A stretch of 35,325 nt of DNA from Eubacteriales bacterium (GCA_045590315.1 JAZNQU010000110.1:1-35325); one strand, 5' to 3'. Shown: positions 10,501 through 18,974, counted from the first letter of the stretch. A program made the numbers and translations. Notes: generated by a model not told the origin, from the letters alone.

Positions 10501-11151
10501 CTTTCTGCCGTCAGGGCTTCACAGCTTTCTGTGTCGGTTGCAGAAGATGAAGCTGAAGAAAACGAGAGCGATACAATAGCAGAAAACGGCAGAGAAGTTG
10601 TAGTCGCGGGAATAATAACCTCTCGCAGTATAAAGAACACGAGAAGTAAGGAAAAAATGATGTTTCTGACGCTTGAGGACGCAAGCGGAGAATTAGAGCT
10701 TATCGCTTTCCCGAAAATCCTTTCACAGTACGCGCACTTGTTGACAGTTGACAGCGCGGTAGGAGTACAGGGAAAAATATCGGTAAGAGACGATGAGCCG
10801 GCTAAGCTTATAGTAGAGCGTATGCTGCCGCTTGTCAGAAACGGATCGCCTCAGGAGAGCTTTGCGGTGTTTGAAAAGAAAAGAGAGTATCCGCAGATTG
10901 AAAACAAAACAAAAACAGCCGACATTCCAAAGGAAAAGCGACTGTTTTTAAGAGTAAGCTCCACTGACTGTGAAGAATATAAGAAAGCTCTTGTGTTAAG
11001 TTCAATCTTCTCCGGAAGCACTCCGGTTATATTCTATGACCGTTCTGCCGGCACGTATCTCGGAAAAGAGCGCATTTCGGTAGAAATAAGCGACTTTCTT
11101 TTAGGCGAGTTCAAAAGCTTTCTCGGTGAAGAAAACGTTGTTTACAAATAG
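7561..11151 (+). CDS. dnaE: DNA polymerase III alpha subunit (DnaE-type)
   Basis: PHP domain (HLHLHSEYSLLDGA), palm motif PDFDIDF, HhH/OB regions, about 1190 aa. True start uncertain: GTG 7561, ATG 7564, or GTG 7570, which has the best spacing from AAGGAG 7556-7561. Confidence 0.92.
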   Translation: MMTVGKFVHLHLHSEYSLLDGACRISDIPAAAKRHGHTAVAITDHGVMYGAVDFYKACKAEGIKPIIGCEVYVAPDSRFDRERINNTIGYHLVLLAKNETGYKNLIYLVTKSHTEGFYSRPRIDLSLLKEYHEGLIALSGCIAGYIPRLILDGDIQGAIAHALEMKALFGEDYYLELQNHGMPEEERVLSGLKRIHEETGIPYAATGDVHYINKSDAENQAILMCIQTGNVIADGRPIGFENDEYYYKSTDEMEELFGAYEDALANTVKIADKCLYDFDFDSRFLPTFIPEDGSTPEEYLKKLTYEGLEKRERDGQILYDGKYDRQVYIDRIEYELDVIGSMGFAEYYLVVRDFVGFAKGENIPVGPGRGSGAGSLVAYLNYITDVDSVKYELLFERFLNPERVSMPDFDIDFCYNRRDEVIQYVKRRYGEERVSQIIAFATLAARAAVRDVGRALGMSYADVDKVAALIPRDLNVTIKGLLDGTVKLKQDKLAPEYISKFRQAYESDAQIKKLIDVSVALEGMPRHTQVHAAGVVITDKPVSDYVPQALSKGSVVTQYDMDKVSSLGLVKFDFLALRYLTIISDAEALVKKFDPDFDIEKIPLDDEKTYKFISEGNTDGLFQLESAGMKRLLTQLKPRNIEDITAAISLYRPGPMDSIPEYLKNRENHDKIEYKIPALKPILDVTCGCVIYQEQVMSIFREVAGYSLGKADIVRRMMAKKKNAEMEKERENFIRGALERAVDADAANELFDRLVAFASYAFNKSHAVAYSLLAYRTAYLKCRYTGEYMAALLTSVLGNIAKTAEYIAQAEKYGVKILSPDINESFTDFTVSDGKIRFGLAAIKNVGPGFIDGIIEERKEGKFASFEDFAARMSKRDMNKRQVESLIKCGAFDSFGVYRSRLLVSYENIIDEFVTSARENAEGQLDLFGDIAMSGIKGSGVEYPDIPELDLREMLRFEKECAGLYFSGHILDGYLEHTKKLSAVRASQLSVSVAEDEAEENESDTIAENGREVVVAGIITSRSIKNTRSKEKMMFLTLEDASGELELIAFPKILSQYAHLLTVDSAVGVQGKISVRDDEPAKLIVERMLPLVRNGSPQESFAVFEKKREYPQIENKTKTADIPKEKRLFLRVSSTDCEEYKKALVLSSIFSGSTPVIFYDRSAGTYLGKERISVEISDFLLGEFKSFLGEENVVYK

Positions 11152-11523
11152 TCAGCTTGTATATGCCTTAAGAGTAGATACAAGCTCGGCTATTGAAGTT
11201 ATATATATCCCGTTTTCAAGCGCGGACCTGTCTTCTTCGGGCAGAGTATTTACGTATAAATCGAGTACTTCTATAATACTGCCGTCGTAATAATCGCACA
11301 CGGCAACGCGACCGTCTGAATTTCTCAGCATATATGCATTTATTTTCGCGGAAGCATAGACGTATTCGCCGGGAAGAGAGTTGGTGTCTGCTTCTACAGG
11401 CTTATTTTCACTAAACAGCACGGTGAGAGTGCACAAAAGGCAAAAGGCGCAGACCATTAAAAGAGAAGCGAAAAAGGTTTTTCGCGAAACGTATTTATAC
11501 ATATCATTGTACGATTCATTCAT
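11152..11523 (-). CDS. hypothetical small membrane-anchored protein (one N-terminal TM helix)
   Basis: Open frame with ATG at 11523 preceded by AAAGGTG. There is one hydrophobic helix (FFASLLMVCAFCLLCTLTVLF) and no recognisable family motif. Confidence 0.45.
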   Translation of the reverse strand: MNESYNDMYKYVSRKTFFASLLMVCAFCLLCTLTVLFSENKPVEADTNSLPGEYVYASAKINAYMLRNSDGRVAVCDYYDGSIIEVLDLYVNTLPEEDRSALENGIYITSIAELVSTLKAYTS

Positions 11524-11571
11524 GTACAAAGGACACCTTTCGTTGGTTTTTTGGCATTTATCGGGGGAAAC

Positions 11572-12297
11572 ATGGAAGCATTAAAAAATATAATAGAATT
11601 TGTTGCAGATTCGTCGATGCTCGGAGTATTTGTGAATTTCATTACGGTGTTTATCGGCGCAAGTCTCGGGCTTTTGCTCAAAAAGGGTATACCGGACAGA
11701 ATAGGCGACACGATAATGAAGGGCCTGGCGCTTTGTGTGTTGCTTATAGGCGTTCAGGGCATAATGGAAGGGCAGAATACCCTTGTTACTATACTGTCGA
11801 TTGTTGTCGGCGGACTATTCGGAGAGCTGTTAAGACTTGATGATGGCATCAAATGGCTTGGAAATTTTGTGGAGAGTAAATTCAAGGGCAACGGTGAAGG
11901 AGTATCTGTTGCAGAAGGATTTGTCAGTTCAAGCTTGCTCTTTATAGTCGGTGCCATGGCGGTGGTAGGCTCACTTCAAAGCGGTCTTACCCATGATCAC
12001 AGTACAGTGTTTGCAAAAAGCACAATTGACTGTGTGTCAGCCGTCATCTTTGCTTCCTCTATGGGTGTCGGAGTGCTCTTTTCTGCATTTGCAGTACTCA
12101 TATACCAGGGAGCGCTTACATTGTTCGCGGGATTCTTAGCCCCTGTATTGAGCGACGTTATAATTGCAGAAATGACAGCGGCAGGGTCGCTTCTTATTAT
12201 AGGACTTTCCCTTAATATGCTCGGACTTACAAAGATAAAGGTAGTAAACTATCTGCCGGCGATATTTTTGCCGATACTCTTCTGCACGTTCATGTAA
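11572..12297 (+). CDS. DUF554 (YqgA/YdfK-like) integral membrane protein
   Basis: Multi-pass hydrophobic profile with a DUF554-like N-terminus (NxxTVxxGxxLGxLLKKGIPxR). GGGGGA SD lies 5 nt upstream of ATG 11572; the ORF track starts earlier at 11551. Confidence 0.7.
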   Translation: MEALKNIIEFVADSSMLGVFVNFITVFIGASLGLLLKKGIPDRIGDTIMKGLALCVLLIGVQGIMEGQNTLVTILSIVVGGLFGELLRLDDGIKWLGNFVESKFKGNGEGVSVAEGFVSSSLLFIVGAMAVVGSLQSGLTHDHSTVFAKSTIDCVSAVIFASSMGVGVLFSAFAVLIYQGALTLFAGFLAPVLSDVIIAEMTAAGSLLIIGLSLNMLGLTKIKVVNYLPAIFLPILFCTFM

Positions 12298-12459
12298 TAT
12301 TTACCTGTGTTAATAATACTGTAATTTTATTATCGCCAAATATTCATAAAGTATTCAAAAACAAGAGCTATACTTTATGTGGTATGTTTTGAAAAAGATT
12401 ATAAAATCCTCCTTAGCGAAAATAATAACTGATATACTTGAAAGGAAAGATGCTGAGAA

Positions 12460-15198
12460 ATGAGCAGACTGGCAAGCCAAACCAACAAAGCAAATAAAAG
12501 AACAGGCGTTGCAGGCAAGGTCTTCACCTATATCCTTAACACGCTTTTGACTTTATTTCTTATTTTATTTATTACCGGTATAATCGTCGGATGTACCTTT
12601 GCTGTGTATATAAACCGGCATTTAGATCCCGAAATAGACGAATCTCTGCTTATGGTAGGACAGAGCCTTACATCAAAGATATATTACTACGATTATGAAA
12701 ATCGTGAATACAGAATAGGTGAGGCTGTCGAAATAGAGGACCAGCGTCTTTACGGCGCGCAGAATAATATCTGGGTAAGCTACACGGATATTCCCGAAAA
12801 CTTAGTTGACGCCTTTGTTTCGATAGAGGACCACCGTTTCTGGGAGCATAGCGGAGTAGACTGGTACAGAACTGCCGGAGCCGTTGTTAATTTCGCAACT
12901 TCATACACAAGCCGTTACGGCGGCTCGACTATCACCCAACAGCTTATCAAGAATCTTACCAAAGACGATGACGTTACCATACAGCGTAAGGTCCAGGAGA
13001 TACTTCGCGCGCTGAATCTTGAAAAGAAAAAAGAAAAATCTGAGATAATGGAAATGTATCTCAATACGATATTCTTATCCCAGAACTGTAACGGAGTACA
13101 GGCGGCAGCGTACACTTATTTCGGCAAGGACGTGTCTGAGCTGACTCTTATCGAGTGCGCGGCAATAGCAAGTATTACAAACGCTCCCACGAAGTACGAC
13201 CCCGTTATCAATCCCGATAACAACAGGGAAAGACGTAATACTGTTCTTGATATGATGCTCAAGTATGAGAAAATAACAAAAGAAGAGTATGACGAGGCTT
13301 ACGACAAGGAGCTTGAGCTTAATTATAAGGGACGTGCCGTAACAACGGCGAATACCTCTAACAGCTGGTATACCGACGCAGTTATAGACGACGTAATAGA
13401 CGCATTGGCACGTGAATACGGCTTTACAAGCGAATATGCTTCAAATCTCGTCTGGTCGGGCGGACTTCAGATATATACCCTTATGGATCCCGAAATCCAG
13501 AAAATTCTTGAAGAAGTATACGAAGACGAAAACAGCTTCCCGAAGGCAAACAATGCCGTACAGCCTGAGTCGGCAATGACAATCATTGATCCCAAAACGG
13601 GCGACGTGCTTGCGCTTGTCGGCGGAAGAGGCGAGAAGGTAAGCAACCGTATTCTCAACCGCGCAACGCATACGACGCGCTCACCCGGTTCGTCGATAAA
13701 GCCATTGTCTGTTTACGGACCCGCGCTCGAATACGGCCTTATAACCTACGGAAGTGTATTTGACGATGTTCCCGTAACCTTTAATTCAAAAGAATATACG
13801 GAAAAGCAGCTTGAAGCACTTCCTAAGGATGAAGAGGGTAAAACTATATTCCCCAATCCGACTCCGTATCCTAAAAACCTGCCGTATGTGTACAACGGAC
13901 TTACGACGGTGCACGATGCGCTTCGCCGTTCTGTCAATACGATATCGGTCAGAATACTTGACAGACTCGGCATTGAAAATTCGTTTGACTTTGTAAAAAA
14001 TAAGCTTCATATGGACAGCTTTATAGAGTATACCGATGTAAACGGAAGAATACTTTCCGATAAAACGGTGTCCTCTCTTGCGATGGGCGGTATGACTTAC
14101 GGTGTGACTGTGCTTGAAATGACCGCCGCATATCAGATATTTGCAAACAACGGCGTTTACAATAAGCCGAGAATGTGGGACAAGGTCGTTGACAGCCAGG
14201 GCAACGTTATACTCGAAAACAAGCCCGAAAGCGAAGTTATAATGAGCGAGCAGAACGCTTCAATTATGGTAAAGATGCTCCAGGATGTTGTAACAAGCGG
14301 TACTGCAGCTGACATTACTCTTAAAAACAAGATCAACACGGCAGGTAAGACCGGTACGACAAACGACGACTATGACCGTTGGTTTATGGGCTTTACCCCG
14401 TATTACGTTGCGGGAATATGGTTCGGTTATGACATTCCCCAATCGCTTGACAACCTTTCCTTCAGCCCCACGACCGCACCGTGGGATAAAGTAATGACAA
14501 AGCTTCATGAAAATATTATAGCAGAGGCAGCAAACGGCGGAGAAGCTATTAAAAAATTCAATATTGCCGACGGCGTTACAACAGCCGAATACTGCCGTGA
14601 TTCGGGCAAATTGTTGACCGAAGCGTGTATGAATGATCCGAGAGGAAGCCGCAAGGAAACAGGTTACTTTACAAACTCAACAGTTCCGACGGAGTTTTGC
14701 GATTGTCATATTCTTGTCGAATATGATAGCATAACGGGCGGTGTTGCAGTTGACGGATGCCCTGAAGAAAACATTGTTAAAGTAGGTATGATTCAGGCAG
14801 ACAGAAGCTTCCCGATAGAAGTTACTGTCACAGACGCTCAATATGTTTACAAGACTCTTCCCAAGGGACTTAAACCGGGAGGATGGTGGGGCGTGCCTTT
14901 CTTTGAAAATGCAATACCCGAGGGTACGTTCGTAGGTACGACCAATCTCAACGGCGGGCGACAGTTCAACGCTGCCTGCTACGAGCACTATAATGAAAAC
15001 CCCGAAGACGAAATCGGCGAAAATGACGCAGAGGACGGCGAAATAACAGAAGACGAGACGATAGAGCGCGATCCCGACAATGAAGTGTTTGAGGACGAAA
15101 CGTCAGAGGATATCACAGACGAAGAAAGTGAAGACGGTATTGAAACTGACGAGCCTGAAAACGAGTCGGAGACTATGCCGCCGTGGCTCGGAGTATAA
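12460..15198 (+). CDS. class A penicillin-binding protein (bifunctional GT51 transglycosylase / transpeptidase, PBP1A-like)
   Basis: N-terminal TM anchor. GT51 motifs EDHRFWEHSGVD, GGSTITQQL and RKxQE. Transpeptidase motifs SPGSSIKP (SxxK) and KTGTTND (KTG). D/E-rich C-terminal tail. Confidence 0.9.
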   Translation: MSRLASQTNKANKRTGVAGKVFTYILNTLLTLFLILFITGIIVGCTFAVYINRHLDPEIDESLLMVGQSLTSKIYYYDYENREYRIGEAVEIEDQRLYGAQNNIWVSYTDIPENLVDAFVSIEDHRFWEHSGVDWYRTAGAVVNFATSYTSRYGGSTITQQLIKNLTKDDDVTIQRKVQEILRALNLEKKKEKSEIMEMYLNTIFLSQNCNGVQAAAYTYFGKDVSELTLIECAAIASITNAPTKYDPVINPDNNRERRNTVLDMMLKYEKITKEEYDEAYDKELELNYKGRAVTTANTSNSWYTDAVIDDVIDALAREYGFTSEYASNLVWSGGLQIYTLMDPEIQKILEEVYEDENSFPKANNAVQPESAMTIIDPKTGDVLALVGGRGEKVSNRILNRATHTTRSPGSSIKPLSVYGPALEYGLITYGSVFDDVPVTFNSKEYTEKQLEALPKDEEGKTIFPNPTPYPKNLPYVYNGLTTVHDALRRSVNTISVRILDRLGIENSFDFVKNKLHMDSFIEYTDVNGRILSDKTVSSLAMGGMTYGVTVLEMTAAYQIFANNGVYNKPRMWDKVVDSQGNVILENKPESEVIMSEQNASIMVKMLQDVVTSGTAADITLKNKINTAGKTGTTNDDYDRWFMGFTPYYVAGIWFGYDIPQSLDNLSFSPTTAPWDKVMTKLHENIIAEAANGGEAIKKFNIADGVTTAEYCRDSGKLLTEACMNDPRGSRKETGYFTNSTVPTEFCDCHILVEYDSITGGVAVDGCPEENIVKVGMIQADRSFPIEVTVTDAQYVYKTLPKGLKPGGWWGVPFFENAIPEGTFVGTTNLNGGRQFNAACYEHYNENPEDEIGENDAEDGEITEDETIERDPDNEVFEDETSEDITDEESEDGIETDEPENESETMPPWLGV

Positions 15199-15218
15199 AG
15201 AAACAGAATAAAAACAAA

Positions 15219-15252
15219 AATCACCTCATACGATGATATGAGGTGATTTTTT
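15219..15252 (+). terminator. Rho-independent terminator after the PBP gene
   Basis: Perfect stem ATCACCTCATA (15220-15230) / TATGAGGTGAT (15237-15247) followed by a T-run to 15252. Confidence 0.7.
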
Positions 15253-15780
15253 ATGGGTAAGAGGAGAAAATGCTCACTGAAAAACAAGATCCGCAGTGAG
15301 ATATGTTCACTTGATTTTAAAATAGTAATAGCAAGCGCCGTAGTCTGCTTGCTGTTAGGCGTGGTTTCGGCATTCATAGCCGGCGGTTTTGAATTGTACG
15401 GCTCTCTTTGCCTTCCGGCATCTGCTCCGCCGTCGTTCGTGTTTCCCATAATATGGAGTATTCTCTACCTTCTGATAGGAGGAGCGAGCGGCATAGTTAT
15501 TTCCTCGTGCGACAAATGCGTTTCGGTGTCAAAATCAAGAGGACTTTTGTATTTTATCGTGATGTTTGCGCTTAATTTCATATGGGCGCCGCTGTTTTTC
15601 GGTGCTGAGCTGTTTTTTGTTGCTTTTGTAGTTGTTTGTGCTATGATCGTTCTCACGTTTTTCGTTATACTGTGTTACAGCAATATAAGCTTTATAAGCG
15701 CATTTATAATGTTTGTCTATTGGCTGTGGCTTTTGTTTGCCGCATACCTTAATTTGGCTATTATATTTCTTAACCCTTAA
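15253..15780 (+). CDS. tspO: TspO/MBR family tryptophan-rich sensory protein
   Basis: Five hydrophobic helices and family-like PPSFVFPIIWSILY and NFIWAPLFFG segments. This is the only in-frame ATG upstream of the first TM. Confidence 0.65.
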   Translation: MGKRRKCSLKNKIRSEICSLDFKIVIASAVVCLLLGVVSAFIAGGFELYGSLCLPASAPPSFVFPIIWSILYLLIGGASGIVISSCDKCVSVSKSRGLLYFIVMFALNFIWAPLFFGAELFFVAFVVVCAMIVLTFFVILCYSNISFISAFIMFVYWLWLLFAAYLNLAIIFLNP

Positions 15781-15795
15781 AAACGGTTAAATATA

Positions 15796-15824
15796 TTGAC
15801 AAATCATAAAAAAAATAGTATACT
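15796..15824 (+). promoter_or_regulatory. sigma-70/SigA-type promoter for the lipoprotein gene
   Basis: TTGACA (15796-15801), 17-nt spacer, TATACT (15819-15824). Confidence 0.5.
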
Positions 15825-15908
15825 TTTGACAGGATGTGAAAGCAAAAATAGATATGCTTTCAAACCGGGAATTATGAAAAAACGCAAAGCAAAAAAATGG
15901 AGGCACAT

Positions 15909-16652
15909 ATGAAAACAACGAAAATTATCGCTCTTGTATTACTTACTTTTGTTATGGCTCTTTCGCTTTTCTCCTGCGGAAAAGACGATACTGTTGCAGA
16001 AGGCGATACAAGCGTAAACATTATCATCAGCTCTGATGAATACGGCGTACTTGCAGAAGGTGCAGTCGGTGTTGATGACGGCGCTACTATCATTGACGCT
16101 ATGGTTGCTTATTGCGACAGAGAAGGTATAGAATATAAGCTTAATGCAGAACTTGATACTATCGAAGCTCTTGGCGACTATAAGGAAGTTGAGCGCAATA
16201 AGCTCAGCTATTACTGGCAGTATACACTTAATGGCAAGGAGCTTGTCGGACGCGCAGGTGAAAATACCGTTGCCGAGGGAGACGAGATTGTGTATAACTA
16301 CACCTTCATTCCCACGGGTGATTTTGTAACAGTAAGCTTTGAAGCGGAGGGCAAGGTTATAGTTGAAGATACAATAGTTGTATTCAGCGAAGGCGACACC
16401 CTTCTTGATTCTGCTCTTGACGCACTCAAGAGAACTGATCTTGATTACGAAGAGACTGAAGACGGCACGAATATCCAGTATGTTGACGACTATATTGCAA
16501 AGGTTACTCCTATTTACGACGAAGTATGGGACGTTACAGTAAACGATAAGCCTATATCCGGTAACCCCTGCGACGTTATTTCTGCAAGCAATGATAAAAT
16601 CGTATTTACCTTTAACAGAATTGAAAAGGAAGTAGCAGAAACACAGGCATAA
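15909..16652 (+). CDS. lipoprotein with two tandem DUF4430-like (transcobalamin-beta-like) domains
   Basis: Signal peptide with lipobox LSLFSC-G. Two roughly 100-aa repeats each end in a GDxIVxxY/F-type strand (GDEIVYNYTF; NDKIVFTFNR). GGAGG lies 5 nt before ATG 15909; the ORF track starts at 15897. Confidence 0.6.
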   Translation: MKTTKIIALVLLTFVMALSLFSCGKDDTVAEGDTSVNIIISSDEYGVLAEGAVGVDDGATIIDAMVAYCDREGIEYKLNAELDTIEALGDYKEVERNKLSYYWQYTLNGKELVGRAGENTVAEGDEIVYNYTFIPTGDFVTVSFEAEGKVIVEDTIVVFSEGDTLLDSALDALKRTDLDYEETEDGTNIQYVDDYIAKVTPIYDEVWDVTVNDKPISGNPCDVISASNDKIVFTFNRIEKEVAETQA

Positions 16653-16657
16653 AATTA

Positions 16658-16690
16658 TTTCTCCGCTCCGGTATGGGGCGGAGAAAATTT
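16658..16690 (+). terminator. probable Rho-independent terminator
   Basis: Stem TTTCTCCGCTCC / GGGGCGGAGAAA with a GTAT loop, followed by a weak, interrupted T tract. Confidence 0.45.
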
Positions 16691-16715
16691 ATTGTTGGGA
16701 ATATGCTTCATTAAC

Positions 16716-16744
16716 TTGACAAAACAGGAAATAATTTGTATAAT
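16716..16744 (+). promoter_or_regulatory. consensus SigA promoter upstream of fba
   Basis: TTGACA (16716-16721), 17-nt spacer, TATAAT (16739-16744). Confidence 0.6.
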
Positions 16745-16825
16745 AATCATTGGAATAAAACGTATAATTAACATACAAGTCTTAAATAAGCTTGTTTGTT
16801 AAATAAGAAAGGAACGGTAACAAAA

Positions 16826-17605
16826 ATGTTAGTATCAGCAAAGGAAATGTTATTAAAGGCAAAGGAAGGAAAGTATGCAGTAGGTCAGTTCAATATAAAC
16901 AACCTTGAATGGACCAAGGCAATACTTCAGACTGCCGAAGAATGCAAGTCTCCTGTAATTCTCGGCGTATCCGAGGGCGCAGGCAAATATATGTGCGGAT
17001 ATAAGACCATCGTTGGAATGGTAAAGGGCATGATCGAAGAACTTGGTATCACAGTACCCGTTGCGCTTCACCTCGATCACGGTAGCTATGAGCATGCATA
17101 CAAGGTAATGGAAGCAGGATTTTCGTCTGTAATGTTCGACGGCTCTCACTATGCAATAGACGAGAACGTTGAAAAGACAAAGGAGATCATCAAGGTAGCT
17201 CACGAAAAGGGCATCTCTGTTGAAGCAGAGGTTGGTTCTATCGGCGGCGAAGAAGACGGTGTTGTTGGCGGCGGCGAAGTTGCTGACGTTAACGAGTGCA
17301 AGATGATTGCAGACCTCGGCGTTGATATGCTTGCGGCAGGTATCGGTAACATCCACGGTAAGTACCCTGAAAACTGGGCAGGACTTCGTTTTGACGTTCT
17401 TGAAGAGATCTCAAAGGCAACGTCTCCCATGCCCCTCGTTCTTCACGGCGGTACAGGTATTCCCGAAGATATGATCAAGAAGGCGATCTCTCTTGGCGTA
17501 TCCAAGATCAACGTTAACACAGAATGCCAGCTTTCTTTTGCAAATGCAACAAGAAAATATATTGATTTTGGGAAACAAATGTGGTATAATAACGTTGCGA
17601 GGTGA
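16826..17605 (+). CDS. fba: class II fructose-1,6-bisphosphate aldolase, apparently 3'-truncated with a non-homologous 13-aa tail
   Basis: MLVSAKEMLLKAKEGKYAVGQFNINNLEW, HLDHG, LVLHGGTGIP and SKINVNTECQ are all typical. Family similarity stops after ...ATRKYI, and the frame ends 13 codons later. Confidence 0.85.
   Translation: MLVSAKEMLLKAKEGKYAVGQFNINNLEWTKAILQTAEECKSPVILGVSEGAGKYMCGYKTIVGMVKGMIEELGITVPVALHLDHGSYEHAYKVMEAGFSSVMFDGSHYAIDENVEKTKEIIKVAHEKGISVEAEVGSIGGEEDGVVGGGEVADVNECKMIADLGVDMLAAGIGNIHGKYPENWAGLRFDVLEEISKATSPMPLVLHGGTGIPEDMIKKAISLGVSKINVNTECQLSFANATRKYIDFGKQMWYNNVAR
17562..17590 (+). promoter_or_regulatory. near-consensus extended -10 promoter inside the fba 3' end, driving the ATPase gene
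   Basis: TTGATT (17562-17567), 17-nt spacer, TGgTATAAT (17582-17590). GAGGTGA SD at 17600-17606, ATG at 17612. Confidence 0.55.
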
Positions 17606-17611
17606 TTTTCT

Positions 17612-18805
17612 ATGAAACTGATTGAAAGAAAACAATACTTAGATAAAATGATAGGTGTTATTGGAACTCCCGATATTAAAGTTCTAACAGGTGTACGACG
17701 TTCAGGAAAATCCAAGCTGTTGGAAGCTTTCAAAGCCTATGTACAGAAAAACATTCCTGATGCTAATATTATCCATATTAACTTTAATCTGTCTAAGTAT
17801 GATAAGTTTAAAGAATACAAGGCTCTTAACGAATATATTGAAAATAACTATGCAGAAGGCAAGGAAAATTTCGTTTTAATTGATGAGATTCAAATGTGTG
17901 ATAATTTTGAACTGTGTATAAACAACTTGCATGCAACCGAAATGTATGATATTTATATTACGGGTTCTAATGCTTTCTTGCTCAGTTCAGACTTAGCAAC
18001 ATTGTTTACTGGCAGAACCTTTGAAATCAAGGTATATCCGTTTTCCTTTGCCGAGTATGTTCATTACTTTGAATTTACGGACAAATATCCTGCTTTTGAT
18101 AACTATATGCTTGAAGGTGGTATGTCCGGTTCTTATCTGTATAAGGAAAAGGAAGATAAATACGATTATATCGAAACTGTTTTTGATACTTTGATTTTAA
18201 GAGATATAAGGCAAAAGTATAAGATTAAAAATCCTGCTTTGATGGACAGAATTTCACAATTTTTGATGGATAACGTCTCCAACTTAACCTCAGCAAGAAG
18301 TATTACCGATACACTCACATCAAACAAGGATAAAATCAATCATAAGACTGTTGGTAATTATTTGAATTATCTTTGCAACGCTTTTGCCTTCTATAAGTTC
18401 CGCAGATATGATATTAAAGGCAAAAAGTATCTTGCTTCTAACGACAAGTATTATTTGAGTGACCATACTTTCCGTTATGCCAAACTCGGTACAAAAAACC
18501 TAGATAATGGCAGAGTGATTGAAAATATTGTTGCAATGGAATTGCTCAGACGAGGCTACGAGATTTATGTCGGTGTCTTGTATAAAAAAGAGATCGACTT
18601 TGTTGCTTTGAAAAGAAATGAGAAGATTTATATTCAAGTTTCGGACAACATCACCCATCCCGATACTTTTAATCGAGAAGTGGAGCCTCTGCTTAAAATT
18701 AAAGATGCTTATCCTAAAATGGTAATAGCACGAACAAGAAATCCCGAGTATCAATATGAGGGCGTTAGAATTGTTGATGTTGCAGATTGGCTGTTGAATA
18801 AATAG
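17612..18805 (+). CDS. AAA-family ATPase of the COG1373 type (AAA_14 + DUF4143 + C-terminal nuclease-like module)
   Basis: Walker A GVRRSGKS, Walker B VLIDEIQ, and C-terminal EIDFV...IYIQVS resembling a PD-(D/E)xK core. Strongly AT-rich; one hand-counted 60-nt line had 13 G+C. Confidence 0.75.
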   Translation: MKLIERKQYLDKMIGVIGTPDIKVLTGVRRSGKSKLLEAFKAYVQKNIPDANIIHINFNLSKYDKFKEYKALNEYIENNYAEGKENFVLIDEIQMCDNFELCINNLHATEMYDIYITGSNAFLLSSDLATLFTGRTFEIKVYPFSFAEYVHYFEFTDKYPAFDNYMLEGGMSGSYLYKEKEDKYDYIETVFDTLILRDIRQKYKIKNPALMDRISQFLMDNVSNLTSARSITDTLTSNKDKINHKTVGNYLNYLCNAFAFYKFRRYDIKGKKYLASNDKYYLSDHTFRYAKLGTKNLDNGRVIENIVAMELLRRGYEIYVGVLYKKEIDFVALKRNEKIYIQVSDNITHPDTFNREVEPLLKIKDAYPKMVIARTRNPEYQYEGVRIVDVADWLLNK

Positions 18806-18974
18806 GCTATTCTCCAAAAATAAAAATTAAATGGTTTTGGATAATAAATTCTGCTTTAAACAATTTGAAGTGTTTCATACAAAGTGCAAGGTGGTGAAAA
18901 AATATGATATGGATATTTTTTCAAACTGAATTTAATTAAAAACGGCGTAGTTTACGCTAATATAAAGGGGTATT

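Noticed and set aside
12298-12459. Promoter or regulatory element upstream of the PBP gene
   Set aside because: Several TTGAAA/TATAAA-like hexamers are present in this AT-rich spacer. None has acceptable -35/-10 spacing, so no call was made.
15837-15862. Hairpin GTGAAAGCA...TGCTTTCA in the 5' UTR of the DUF4430 lipoprotein gene, considered as a possible cobalamin or other riboswitch
   Set aside because: The whole leader is only about 85 nt, far shorter than a cobalamin riboswitch. I saw no B12-box-like sequence. It is a simple 8-bp stem with no terminator or anti-terminator alternative.
16853-17356. 167-aa minus-strand ORF, along with similar antisense ORFs at 414-815, 2493-2977, 1608-2198 and 21534-22016
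   Set aside because: Each lies wholly inside and antisense to a gene with strong family motifs (fba, DUF212, argR, nadK, pyk). None shows any independent signal.
18904-18939. 11-codon mini-ORF (MIWIFFQTEFN) with an AAGGTGGTG SD upstream of the orphan secreted protein gene, considered as a possible leader peptide
   Set aside because: It is very short, sits in AT-rich DNA where such ORFs arise by chance, and has no associated attenuator structure.
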